Made by a program: the position numbers and the translations under genes. The notes under the pieces were generated by a model that had not been told where the DNA came from, made no database searches, and worked only from the letters and a program-made list of their open reading frames with translations. Below, in pieces: positions 24,376 to 37,745 of a stretch of 64,000 nucleotides of DNA (the stretch's first letter is position 1; every line of letters starts with the position of its first letter). Origin of the DNA: Mobula hypostoma (Eukaryota); contig NC_086097.1 in NCBI RefSeq assembly GCF_963921235.1, positions 204,106,001-204,170,000 on the forward strand, written 5' to 3'.

Positions 24376-26287
24376 CAGTGCCTATAAAAATTATTCACTG
24401 CTCTTGGAAGTTTCATGTTTTATTGCTTTATAACATTGAATCACAGTGGATTTAATTTGACTTTTTTGACACTGATCAACAGAAAAGACTCTTTTGTGTC
24501 AAAGTGAAAACAAATTTCTACAACTTAGGATAAATTTATTATATTTATTAAATCAAAATAATTGATTACATAAATACTTACCCTGTTCAAGTCACTATTT
24601 AGTAGATGCACCTTTGCCAGCAATTACAACCTTGAGTCTGTGTGGATAGGTCTCCATCAGCTTTGCACATCTGGACGCTGCTATTTTTCCCCATTTTTCT
24701 TTACAAAACTGTTCAAACCCTGTGAGATTGCATGGGGACTGTGAGTGAACAGCCCTTTTCAAGTCCAGCCGCAAATTTTCAATTGGATTGTGGTCTGTCC
24801 TCTGACTTGGCCACTCCAGTACATTAACTTTGTTTTTTTAAGCCATTCCTGTGTAGCTTTGGTTTATGCTTGGGGTCATTGTTGTGCTGGAGAACAAATG
24901 TTCTCCCAAGTCGCAGCTCCCTTGCAGACTGCATCAGGTTTTCCTTCAGGAATTCCCTTTATCTTTCTGCATTTATTTTACCCTCTACCTTCACAAGCCT
25001 TCCAGGGCCTGCTGCAGTGAAACATCCCCACAGCATGATGCAGCCATCACCATTCTTCATGGTAAGGATGGTGTGTTTCTGATGACGTGCAATGTTTTGC
25101 TTACACCAAACATAGCGTTTAGTCTGATGTCCAAAAAGCTCAATTTTGATTTCATTGGACCATAGAACTTTCTTCCAGCTGGCTTCAGAGTCTCCCACAT
25201 GCCTTCTGGCAAACTCCAGCTGAGATTTCATTGAGTTTTTTCAACAGTGGGTTTATCTTTGCCACTCTCCCATAAAGCTGTGACTGATGAAGCACCTGGG
25301 CAACAGTTGTATGCGCAGTCTCTCCCATCTCAGCCACTGAAGCTTGTTTAACTCCTCCAGAGTTGTCATGGTCTCTTGGTGCCCTCCCTCACTAGTCCCC
25401 TTCTTGCATGGCCACTCAGTTTTAGAGGATGGCCCACTCTAGGCCGATTTACAGCTGTGTTATATTCTTTCCATTACTTGATGATTGACTTAACTATATT
25501 CCAAGGGATATTCCATGACTTGTAAGTTTTCTTGTATCCATGTCCTGACTTGTGCTTTACAATGATCTTTTTGCAGAGTTGCTTGGAGTGTTCTTTGTCT
25601 TCATGGTCTAGTTTTTGCCAGGATACTGACTCACCATCAGCTGGACCTTACAGATACAGGTGTATTTTTACTATAAACAATTGAAACACCTTGACTGCAC
25701 ACAGGTTTACATACAGCTAGGACACCCTAACTAATTATGTGATTTCTAAAACCATTTGGCTGTACCAGTGATGACTTGGTGTGACATATTAAAGGGGGTG
25801 AATACTTATGCAATAAATTATTTTGTGTTTAATATTTGTAATTCATTTAGATCACTTTGTAGAGATCTGTTTTCACATTGACATGAAAGAGTCTTTTTCT
25901 GTTGATCGGTGTTAAAAAAAGCCAAATTAAATCAACACACCCAAAATGCTGGTGGAACACAGCAGGCCAGGCAGCATCTATTGGAAGAGGTACAGTTGAC
26001 ATTTTGGGCCGAGACCCTTCGTCAGGACTAACTGAAAGAAGAGATAGTAAGAGATTTGAAAGTGGGAGGGGGAGGGGGAGGGGGAGATCTGAAATGATAG
26101 GGGAAATTATAGATGGGGAGCAGTGAGAGAGGGTTTCACTAAACTCCTGTTGAAGAGAAGATTTAAACTTCTTCAGTGTAGGCATCACTGGAAGAGGCTT
26201 CACAGTAGTGCCACTATGATTCATTGTTGTAAAACAATAAACCATGAAAACTTCTGGGGGGGGGGGAAACACTTTTCATAGGTACTG
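24376..26287 (-). mobile_element. Tc1/mariner transposon with long (~200 bp) TIRs, decayed
   Basis: TA|CAGTGCCTATAAAA...TTTCATAGGTACTG ends. Internal inverted match 24460-24525 vs 25858-25930. Transposase remnant WKKVLWSNE.KIELFGH..GDGCIMLWGCF on the minus strand. Confidence 0.88.
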
Positions 26288-26939
26288 CACATAAATCCGG
26301 TTAATCATTTTTTCACATTCCCCTTATATTGTTATTATTCAGATCAGAATCAAATTCAGGTTTAATATCACCAACACATGTCATGAAATTTGTTCTGCAG
26401 CAGCAGTACAATGCAATACATGATAATAAAAACTGCAAATAACAGTAAGAAGTGTGTGTATATATATATTTTAAAGTTAAATTAAATAAGAAGTGCAAAA
26501 AGAAAGTCCATTCAGAAATGTGATGGCAGGTAATTATTCTCTACATTTCCCCCAGATTCCCCATATACAGACCTGGGAGAATCAATAGTGTGGCCAGTTA
26601 ACTCACCAACCAGTAGTTCTTTAGGACGTGAAAGGAAACCAAAGTAACTGGGGGAAAGCTATGCAGTCATAGGGAGAATATGAAAATTCGATGGACCAGG
26701 ACAGAACCTGACTCTCTGGTGCTGTGGAGTCACAGCTCTACCAGCGGTGCCACTACATTGCTTTTCTGAACCGCCGCTAGTTGTTGCACATCTAGTCTAA
26801 TACCACAAACAAAAGAAATATTCTGTTCCCTTTCTCTATTAAAATCCTAGTCCTCTTTCCAAGCCATCTCCTTGTGTAACCAAATATGATGCAATATTTG
26901 CCCTGCCTTTCCATCTTAATCTTAAAGCCGTGTATGACT

Positions 26940-28270
26940 CCAAAGTAATGCACACAGAATGCTGGAGGAACTCAACAGGAATGAAGAGCTGATGTCTCCA
27001 GCCAAGACCCTTCATCATGACTGGAAAGGAAGGGGAGTGGAAGCGAGAATAAGATGGGTGGAGGGGGAGGGGTGAGTTAGGGAGATCAATGTTAATGCTG
27101 TCAGATTGGAGGCAACCCAGATGGAATGTGGGATATTGTTCCTCCAACCTCATCATGGCAGCAGGGGAGGCCATGGAATGACATATGGCAATAGGCAGTA
27201 GAATTAAAATTGTTGGCCACCGGGATATCCTGTTTGATGTGAATGGCGCAACCATGCTCGACAAAGCAGTCCCCAAACTATTTCAGCTTTCACCAGTGTG
27301 ATGGACGCTGCACTGGGAGCACTGGATACAGTAGATGACTCTGATAAACTCACAGGTGAAGTGTTGCCTCACTCGGAAGGTTGTCTTGGGCTCAGAGTGG
27401 AGGTGACAGAGGAGGTGAATGGGCAGGTGTAGATTTCTTCTGCTTGCAGGGATAAGTGCCAGGAGGGAGATCAGTGGAGAGGCATGAATGGACAAGAATC
27501 CCTGCAGAAAGTGGAGTATGGGGGTGGGGAGGGTGGTAAGAACGTGTTTGGTGGTAGGATCCTGTTGAAGATGGCGGAAATGCTGGAGGTTTATGGGGTA
27601 ATAGACATACAAGAGAAACTCTATCCCTGTTAGAATGGTGGGATGAATGGGTGAGGGTGGATATCTTGGAAACAAAGGAGATTCAGGTGAGGGCAGCATC
27701 AATAGTAAAGGAAAGGAAACTCCATTCTTTGAAAGAAGGAGGACATCTCTAATGTTCTGGAAAGGAAGGCCTCATCCTGGGAGCAGATGCAGTTGAGATG
27801 GAGGAACTGAGAAAAGGGAATTTTTACTTGACAGTGTGGGAACAAGTATAATCAAGCTAGCTGTGAGAGTCAGTAGGTTTATAAAAGATAGCAGTAGACA
27901 GTCTGCCTCCAGAGGTGGAAACAGAGAGATCAAGAAAGGGGAAAGAGGTGTCATAAATGGACCATGTCAATTTAGGGCAAGGTGGAAGATGGAGGCAAAG
28001 TTGATGAACTTGATGAGCTCAACATGGATGTATGAAGCAGAATCAATGTAGTTGTCAGTGTAACTCAGAAAGAGCTGTGGAGCACAACTAGTGAAGGCTT
28101 GGAAATTGGACTGTTCCATATTGCCAACAAAAATGCAGGCACAGCTGGCACCCCTGTGGGTGCCCATGGCTACAGGTTGGCTTTGAAGGAAATAGGAGGA
28201 GGAGAAAGAGAAACTTAAGTGTGAAGACTAGTTCTGCCAGATGGAGGATGGTGCTGGAGGAGGGAAATTA
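26940..28270 (-). mobile_element. Penelope-like element (RT C-terminus, GIY-YIG, 3' terminal repeat)
   Basis: MGTHRGASCACIFVG, Y.DNYI (YIDD-like), FRVRQHFTCE..VIYCIQC, LEEQY.TFHLG. Terminal repeat unit at 26950-27030. Confidence 0.8.
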
Positions 28271-28499
28271 TTAGGTTGGTTTGGCTCCTAATACAGTTTC
28301 CATGTGCAACAGTGTTATATTTCTACCTTTTGCAATTTTCTTCACTGTTCATAATGTGTTCTTAACTAAAAAAACTGAAACAAAGTACACCATTCAGTCT
28401 GCAACTGCTGGTTACCCGATACTTTGGTTCTACACCTCAACATCTTCCTGCTTCCGCACAGCACTGGTCTTTTTATTAAACATTTCAGTGCTTGTTAGT

Positions 28500-30445
28500 T
28501 TAAACATCGATCTATAATTGCTGATAATGATTCTGCCAATTCCGTCACTCATCACATCTTCATCCAGAAGTGCTTCAAGGATGTTGTCCCCCAAAAGATC
28601 GGTCAGGGTCTATCCAAACCAGAAACCCTGGATCAACAGTTCCATGCGATCAGCACTCACCGTGCGAGACAGAGCAGACGTCGCCGATGACCAACAGGAA
28701 CTCAAGCCATGCAGCTACGATCTACGCAAAGTCATCAAGGTGGCAAAACAACAAGATCCAGACACAACTCTCCACCAACAACACACGTAGCTTATGACAA
28801 AGTCTGCACACCACTGCAGACTTCAAAGCTAAGTACAGTGGTGCTGCCAACATCACTGCCTCTCTCTCAGATGAGCTAAATCTTTTTTATGCTCGGTTCA
28901 ATGTCGCCAACATTGAGCCACCGAAGCGACCTGCACCTTGGTCATCTCTGAGGCTGAAGTACGCAGGTGGACAGTTGTAAGGCTGTGGAACTGGACGGTA
29001 TCCCAGGGCAGGTACTCAGGATGTGCGCGGCACAACTGGCAGGTGTGTTTACAGACATTACTAATCTCTTCCTCTCCCAGTGTAGAGTGCCCTCCTGTTT
29101 CAAAACATCCACCATTGTTCCTGTACCTAAAAGGACTAAGGTAACATGTCTGAATGACTGGTGTCCATTCGCAATCACCACAATAATAAACAAATGCTTT
29201 GAGAGGCTGGTCAAGGACTACATCTGCAGCTTGCTACCACCCACACCGGACCCCCTACAATTCACCTACCAACATAACTGATCAACAGATGATGCAATAG
29301 CCATAGCTCTACACACCGTCCTTACACATCTGGAGGAGAAGGATGCTTATGTGAGAATGCTGTTCAGCATTCAACACCATAATTCCCTTTAGGCTTGACA
29401 GGAAGCTCAGAGACCTCAGCCTTCACCCTGCCTTGTGCAGCTGGATCCTGGACTTCCTGACAGGTCGCCAGCAGGTAATAAGAGTGGGCTCCCTCACTTC
29501 CACCCTTCTGACTCTCAACACAGGAGCCCCTCAGGATTGTGTCCTAAGTCCCCTCCTTTACTCACTGTATACCCATGACTGTGTCACCACCCACAGCTCC
29601 AATCTGCTAATTAAATTTGCTGACGATACTACGTTTGTACATTAATTGGTCTTACCTCAAATAATAACGAGGCAGCCTACAGAGAGGAAGTCATCAACCT
29701 GACACAGCGGTGTCAGGAGAACAACCTCTCCCTCAGTGTCGCAAAAACAAAGAAGCTGGTTGTGGACTACAGGAGGAATGGAGATAGGCTAACCCCTATT
29801 GACATCAATGGATCTGGGGTTGAGAGGGTAAACAGCTTTAAGTTCCTTGGCATACACATCACTGAAGATCTCACGTGGTCTATACATAAAGCACAACAGT
29901 GCTTTTTTCACCTCAGATGGTTGAAGAAGTTTGGCATGAGTCCCCAAATCCTAAGGACTTTCTACAGGGGCACAATTGAGAGCATCCTGACTGGCTGCAT
30001 CACTGCCTGGTATGGAAACTGTAATTCCCTCAATCGCAGGACCCCACAGAGAGTGGTGTGGACAGCCCAGCACGTCTGTAGATGTGAACTTCCCACCATT
30101 CAGGACATTTACTAAGACAGGTACATAAAAAGGGCTCAAAGGATCATTGGGGGCTCAAGTCACCCTAACCACAAACTGTTCCAGCTGCTACCATCCGGGA
30201 AACTGTACTGCAGCATAAAAGCCAGGATCAACAGGCTCTGGGACAGCTTCTTCCACCAGGCCATCAGACTGGTTAATTCATGCTGATACAATTGTAAATT
30301 GTATATTGATTGTCCTATTGTATATACTATTTATTACAAATTACTATAAATTGCACATTGCACATTTAGATGGAGACACAACGTAAAGATTTTTACACCT
30401 CATGTATATGAAAAATGTAAGAAATAAAGTCAATTCAATTCAATG
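28500..30445 (+). mobile_element. Rex1/Babar-type LINE, decayed
   Basis: [56 protein letters not shown] followed by a (TCAAT)n tail. Confidence 0.88.
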
Positions 30446-30629
30446 TTTTCCTTGCATTATCAGCTCATCAGCCTTCTCTCATGTTCTTTCGCTCTCTGCA
30501 AGTTAAAATGCTTCTACATCAAACTTTTTTCCAACTCTGATTGAAGGTCTGACTGTAACTATGACTCCCTCCACGTGTTTCTTGATCTGTTGAATGCAAT
30601 CAGCATTTGAAGAACTTTCTTCTTGGGAG

Positions 30630-30935
30630 AGGCATGGTAACCTAGCAACGTAATGTTTTACAGTGCCAGTGACCCAAGTTTGTTTCCTGCCACTGTCAGT
30701 AAAGAGTTTGTACGTTCTCCCCATGATCACGTGGGTTTCATCAGGGTGCTCCAGTTTCCTCTCACTCCAAAAACGTAAGTTCGTGTTAGCAATTTGTGGG
30801 CAATCTATGTTGGCACCAGAAACCTGGTGATACTTGCAGGCTGCCCCCCAACATATCCTCAGACTTTGTTGGTTGTTGATGCAAAACAATGCATTTAACT
30901 GCATGTTTCAAGGTGTATGTGATGAACAAAGCTAA
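30630..30935 (+). mobile_element. V-domain (HE1-like) SINE
   Basis: Degenerate A/B-box head, then GAGTTTGTACGTTCTCCCC..CGTGGGTTTC..GGGTGCTCCAGTTTCCTC core. Similar copies at 26540-26760(-), 41710-41920(-) and 44700-44925(+). Confidence 0.6.
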
Positions 30936-31549
30936 GAGATACCATTTTTACTTCTTGTCTTGCACTGCTTTTTCACTGTAGCTGCACACTATTCTGCATC
31001 CTGTTCTTTTTAACAGGATCTGTACGTAATTACGTATGGCATGATCTGACTGGATGCCAGGTAGACAAAAGCTTTTCACTGTACATATCTCAGTACGCAT
31101 CATAGTGATGAACATTAAACAGTATAGCACAGTACAGGCCCTAAATTATCTGCCTCTGCTGCCATTCCTGACAGCATGTTCCATGCAACCAGTAGTCTTT
31201 CTGTAAAATCCCTACCTCTAACACCCTGCTTATATATTACGTATATTTAAGGCAGAGGTTGATAGATTCTTGATTGGTCAGGGCATGAAGGGATATGGGG
31301 AGAAGGCAGGAGATTAGGGCTGAGAGGAAGAATGGATCAGCCATGATGAAATGGTGACACAGACTTGATGGGCCAAATAGCCTAATTCTGCTCCTATGTC
31401 TGAGAATCTTATGGTTTTACACTTTCCTCCAAACACCTTAAAATTCAATTCTCTCATATCACCAATAAAGACTAGAAGAACAATTAAGCTTGTTGTTAAT
31501 AAAGAATCAGTAACATTAAATAAGTGTGTTACACTGTATGATAGGCATT

Positions 31550-33290
31550 TCATCATTAAGAGCAAAAGGATAGCAAGGGATAAGTTGGTCCTCTGGAAGA
31601 TGAGAGCTGTTGCCTGTGCATGGAACCAAATGAAATGGGGAGATCTTAAATAGATCTTTTGCATCTGTATTTACTTGGGAGACGGACACAGAAACGAAAG
31701 AAATGAGACAAAGCAACAGTGAGGTCATAGACCGTATACAGAATACAGAGGAGAAGGTGTTTGCTGTCTTGAGGAAAATTAATGTGGATAATCTCAGGAC
31801 CTGCCAAAGAGTTCCCTTGAACCCTGTGGAAGGTTAGTGGAGAAATTGCCGAGGCCCTAGTAGAGATCTTTAAAACATCATTAACCACAGGTGAGGAGCC
31901 AGAGGATTGGAGGATAGCTAAAGTTGTTCTGTTGTTTAAGAAAGACTCTAAGAGTAAAACAGGAAATTATAGGCCAGCGAGTTTAACGTCATTAGTAGGT
32001 AAGTTATAGCAAGGTATTCTAAGAGATCAGCTATATAAGTGTTTGGACAAACAGAGACAGATTAGGGTTATCCAACATGGCTTTGTGTGTGGTAGTTTGT
32101 GTCTAACCAACCTTAAAGAGTTTTTTGAGGAAGTTACCAGGAAAGTTGATGAAGGCAAGGCAGTATATGTTGTCAACATGGACTTTAGCAAAGCCTTTGA
32201 CAAGATCCTGCAAGGTCAAGAAGGTTCAATTGTTTGGCATTCAAGATGAGGTAGTAAATTGGATAAGGCATTGTTTTGTGAAAGAAGCCAGAGAGTGGTA
32301 TTAGATGGTTGCCTCTCTGACTGGAGGCCTGTGATTAGTGGGGTGCCATTGGGATTGGTGCTGGGTCCATTCTTTTTGTTGTCTATATCAATGATCTAGA
32401 TGGTAATATGGTAAATTGGATCAGCAAATTTGTGGATGACACCAAGGTTGCGGGCATAGTGGATGAGGGAGAGTAGTAAAGCTTTCAGTGGATCTGGACC
32501 AAATGAAAATATGGGCTAAAAAGACAGGTGGAATTTAACACGGACAAGCGTATGGTGTTGCATTTTGGAAGGACAAACCAGAGAAGGACTCACACGATGA
32601 GTATTAGGACATTGAGGAGTGCAGTAGAATAGAGGGGTCTGGGAATACAGATCCATAAATCATTGAAAGTGGCATCACAGGTAAATAGGGTCATGAAGAA
32701 AGTTTTTGGCAAATTGGCAAATCAAAGCATAGAGTACAGGTTGAAGTTGGACAAGACATTGTTGAGGCAATTGGAATATTGTGTGCAGTTTTGGTCACCT
32801 ACCTACAGGAAAGATGTCAATGAGATTCAAAGAGTACAGAAAAAAATTATGAGGATGTTGCCAGGACTTGACCCGAGTTATAGGGAAAGGTTGAATAGGT
32901 TAGGACTTTGTTGCCTGGAGCATAGGAGAATGAGGGGAGATTTGATCAAGGTATATAAAATTATGAGGGGTATAGACAGGCTTTTTCCTCTGAGGATGGG
33001 TGACAGCAGAACTATGAGTCATAGGTAAGGGTGAAAGGTGAATTAAGGGGAACATAAGGGGAGCTTTTCCATACAAAAGGTGGAGAAAGTATGGAATGAG
33101 CTGCCAGTGGAAGTAGTGAATGTGGGTTTGATTTCAAAATTTAAGAGAAATTTGGATAGGTACATGGATGGGAGGCGTATGGAGGGCTATTGTGTGGGTG
33201 CAGATCGATGGAACTCAGCAGATTAATAGTTCAGCAAAGATTAGGATGGCCCTATTTCCATGCTGTCGTGTTCTATTACTCTATAACTCT
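31550..33290 (+). mobile_element. CR1 LINE RT region, heavily decayed
   Basis: QHGFVCG..CLTNL..DFSKAFDK, LEYCVQFWSP, HRRMRGDLIKVYK; typical 3' tail. Confidence 0.85.
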
Positions 33291-33582
33291 ATGTGATTGC
33301 AGGCTCGTCATTTCATCCTTTTAATGTACTTGTCTTTCTGAAAGATTGGCTAGAGTATGCAGGAAAAGAAATAGAAATAGACAATGCTGGAAATATTGAC
33401 CAGGTTACATGTGTGGGAAGAAAAAACTGCTAATATTTCAGACTAAAGGCCCTTCATCAGAAGGAGACAAATGAAGCATTTTAAATTGTACTTTCTGTTT
33501 GCATTTTATAAGTAAAGTTTCTTTCAATAACAAAGAATGAAAATCTATGACTTGAGTGAAGAGATAGAAAGAGAGTAGAATA

Positions 33583-34265
33583 CAGACATCCCACCTCTCC
33601 CGGAAGTTCCGGGAGTCTCTCCCAGGTGGCTCCGTGATGCCTGGAGATTATATACAATATCCCAGAAATCGATTTTTTTGAGAGGGAGAGCGAGAGGAAG
33701 AGGGAGAGTGAGAGCGAGCATCCTGATTGGTCTCTCTTTGTGCTAAGTAGACCTATCAGTTTTCTGTGGGTGGGCTTTACAGTCGACCTCAAAAATAATA
33801 ACAGTGTTGCTTGCTGCACTGTTTGCAACAGTGACTTTTCTATTGCCCATGGTGGGTTAAAATGTAAATGACATGTTGAGGTGAGTTTAACAGGTGGCAT
33901 TCATTCATTAGCGTAGCTAACGTTACTTAAACTAGCTGGCTGGCTGCTAAGGAGCTACTCTATTGATGTCCTACGTGATGAGGCCAAACTCCCTGTAGAC
34001 TTGCTTAAAGTTGTAATAGAATGAACATGATAATATAACATAATATAATTACATATGTTAATGTCACATTTTCTGCATATACCCAACTTGGTTTACAGAT
34101 TAGACAAAATCATTAAACAAAGTATTACATACACCCTTGGAGGTTGACCCGGGGGGGGGGATGGGGGGGGTGGGATATGGTGTTGCGGGGGCAGGGGGTG
34201 TTGCTACTTCCCTGAAATGGTGGTGATACCTCCCTGAAATGAGTTTTTGCAGGGTGGGATGTCTG
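33583..34265. mobile_element. Non-autonomous DNA transposon (MITE-like) with 6-bp TSD
   Basis: Perfect 13-bp TIR CAGACATCCCACC / GGTGGGATGTCTG. Flanking duplication AGAATA (33577-33582 / 34266-34271). Confidence 0.85.
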
Positions 34266-35019
34266 AGAATAGAAGTCCTAGTCAGGAAATAGCCCAGAAG
34301 ACCAGAGGCACTAACTTAGAGCAGAAATAGACTCTGGAGAGAGCTGTAATGGAGAACCAAGGCGGTCTCCCTCATCAGCACCGACAGCTTCACCACGGTG
34401 GAACTCACCCCCGATGGAGACCAAAGCCTATATCTCAGCCCGCAGTCAGTGAACAGTTTACACAAGAAAACTGTTACTGTAGTCAAGTTATGTTGTCCTT
34501 GTCTCATCCAGAGCCCCTGAGCCATCCATGTCTCTGTAATGGCCACAGCATCATAGCTCCAAGTACCAATCCTGTTATGGATAGAGGATCTTTAGTGAAA
34601 GGCATTTAGCTGACCTATTTAGTTAGAAATCCTTTGGACTTTGACCTTCCTGGAACTGAATTCTATCCGGGGTGCCAATAGGGATGTGTGCGTGTGTGTG
34701 TGACTGTGAGGAATTTTTAGAATTGTGACATATTTTAGGAGTAATGAAATAGGCACAGTAGCCAATATATATATATGGGAACCAGTCTCAAAAGAAACGG
34801 TTCATTGTTTAACATCTACTGATATTCTAAGGGCATTGAAATCAGCCATTGGGTGTGGGACATTCTGATTCTGCACTGTCATAATGACGATGAAGAGGAA
34901 TTTATTTTTTGCCGGGGAGTGGTGAGCATGTGGAATTTGTTACCACAGGTGGCTGTAGAGGTCAGTCATTGGGTATATTTAAGACAGAGGTTGATAGAGT
35001 CTTTATTAGTCAGGGCATG

Positions 35020-37745
35020 GGTCAGGTCTGTACCAGAAAACCAGCGGAGGGCTATTTCAAGGGTGAAGAAACAATTTCAAATGAGGTTGGAGGCAACATC
35101 AGATGTACAACAATTCTGGCCAGGTTAGCAAGACATTATTTCCTAGAAAGCAAAACCCAATAGCTTGAATGGCAGATAGATAGATAGATAGATAGATATA
35201 CTTTATTGATCCCGAGGGAAATTGGGTTTCGTTACAGCCGCACCAACCAAGGCAATGCTTCACTACTAGATGAACTCAACACCTTCTATGCCCGCCTTGA
35301 AAAGGAGAATATAACTACAGCTGTGAAGATCCCTGCTGCACTCTGCTGATCTCTGTCTCAGAGGCTGATGTTAGGTTGTCTTTAAAGAGAGTGAACCTTC
35401 ACAAGACGGAAGGTCCCAATGGAGTACCTGGTATGGCTCTGAAAACTTGTGCCAACCAACTGGCGGGAGTATTCAAGGACATTTTCAACCTCTCACTGCT
35501 ATGGGCAGAAGATCCCATTTGCTTCAAGAAGGCAACAATTATACCAGAGCCTATGAAGAATAATGTGAGCTGCCTTAATGACTATTGCCTGGTAACACTC
35601 ACATCTACAGTAATGAAATGCTTGGAGAGGTTGGTCATGATTAGACTGAACTCCTGCCTCAGCAAGGACCTGGACCCATTACATTTTGCCTATCACCACA
35701 ATAGGTCAATGACAGATGCAATCTCACTGTCTCTTCAACACGGCCTTAGACCACCTGGACAATACACACACCTAGGTCAGGATGCTGTTCATCGACTATA
35801 GCTCTGCATTTAACACCATCATTTCAACAATCCTGATTAAGAAGTTACAGAACCTGGGCCTCTGTACCTCCCTCTGCAATTCGATCCCCGACTTCCTAAC
35901 CGGAGGACCACAATCTGTTCGGATTGGTGATAATATCTCCTCCTCGCTGACGATCAACACTGGTGCACTTCAGGGGTGTGTGGTTAGTCCACTGCTCTGC
36001 TCTCTATATACCAATGACTGTGTGGCTAGGCATAGCTCAAATACCATCTATAAACTTATTGATGATACAACCATTGTTGGTAGAATCTCAAATGGGGATG
36101 AGAGGGCGTACAGAAGAGAGGTATGCCAATTAGTGGAGTGGTGTCTCAACAACAACCTGGCACTCAATGTCAGTAAGACGGAAGAGCTGATTGTGGACTT
36201 CAGGAAGGGTAAGATGAAGGAACATATACCAATCCTCATAGAGGGATCAGAAGTGGAGAGAGTGAGCAGTTTCAAGTTCCTGGGTGTCAAGACCTCTGAG
36301 GACCTAACCTAGTTCCAACATTTCAATGCGGTTATAAAGAAGGGAAGGCACTGATTATGCAAACATGAGGAAATTTGCAGATGCTGGAATTTTAAGCAAC
36401 ACACATAAAAATTGCTGGTGAATGCAGCAGGCCAGGCAGCATCTATAGGAAGAGGTACAGTTGACACTGATTATATTTCATTAGGAGTTTGAAGAGATTT
36501 GGTATGTCAACAAATACACTCAAAAATTTCTGTAGATGTACCGTGTAGAGCATTCTGACAGGCTGCATCACTGTCTGGTATGGGGTAGGGAGCAGGGGGG
36601 AATACTGCACAGGACCAAAAGAAGCTGCAGAGGGTAGTAAATTTAGTCGGCTCCATCTTACAAAGTATCCAGGACATCTTTAGGGAGTGGTGTCTCAGAA
36701 AGGCAGCGTCCGTTATTAAGGACCTCCAGCACCCAGTGAGGTCCTTTTCTCACTGTTACCATCAAGCAGGAGGTGTAGAATCCTGAAGGCACACATTCAG
36801 CGATTCAGGAACAGCTTCTGTCCCTCTGCCATCCGATTCCTAAATGGATATTGAACCCATGAACACTACCTCACTTTTTAAATATATAGTATTTCTATCT
36901 TTCGCATGATTTTTAATCTATTCAATATATGTATACTGTAATGGATTTACTTAATTATTATTATTATTATTATCATGTTCTCTCTTCTTCTATATTGGTG
37001 GTGCGACACAGCTCGCAGTGGCCACTCCAGTGGTGATGTCTGTTATTTGTCAAGTAGGGTGCCGTGCACAATCCTGATTTGATAGAGACGGACGTGAGAG
37101 CTCGGGGAACATCTGGTGAAACTTCTGAAATGCTTACTTCGCTGCTGCTGCTGCAGTGTGGTCCAGAATCTCCGGGGGGAGAAGGCCCCGAGTCCTCAGC
37201 TTTGCTTGTTGCTCAGCGGCCAGAGTGGGGTTGAAGTGCTCGGCAGAGGATGGTGCACAGAGAGGCTGTGTTGGAGGGGCTGGTTGGAGGCTCGAAGTTT
37301 TCGTACGGACTCAGAGTCCACTGCAGTCGGGCGCTTCCAATGGTGCTGCATCGGCAAGTTTGGGGCACTTGGAGGTTCATGGCAGGGAGGGTTTCTCCCT
37401 TCTGCCGCCTGCGTGAGATGATGAGGCTATTGGGACTTTGAGACTTTTTTTTTACCGTGCCCATGGTCTGCTCTTTATCAAATTATGGTATTGCTTTGCA
37501 CTGTTGTAACTATATGTTATAATTATGTGGTTTTGTCAGTTTTAGTCTTGGTTTGTCCTGTGTTTTCTTGTGATATAATTCTGGAGGAACATTGTATCAT
37601 TTTTTAATGCATGCATTTCTAAATGACAATAAATGAGGACTGAGTGTCTTCATAATCTAATTATGTATTGCATTGAACTGCTGCTGCTAAGTTAACAAAT
37701 TTCATGATGCATGTCAGTGATAATAAACCTGATTCTGATTCTGAA
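35020..37745 (+). mobile_element. Rex1/Babar-type LINE with nested insertions
   Basis: ORFs 35376-35801 and 35782-36312 ([40 protein letters not shown]). (GATA)n insert at ~35175. Tail (TTCTGA)n at 37730-37745. Itself inserted in a CR1 3' end. Confidence 0.85.
36997..37660 (+). mobile_element. Unclassified non-coding retroposon (GC-rich head, LINE-like AT-rich tail)
   Basis: Interrupts the Rex1 3' UTR (TTCTATATT|..|ATGTATTGC). Ends with CTGGAGGAACATTG...ACAATAAA, like other LINE tails in the window. Confidence 0.5.
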
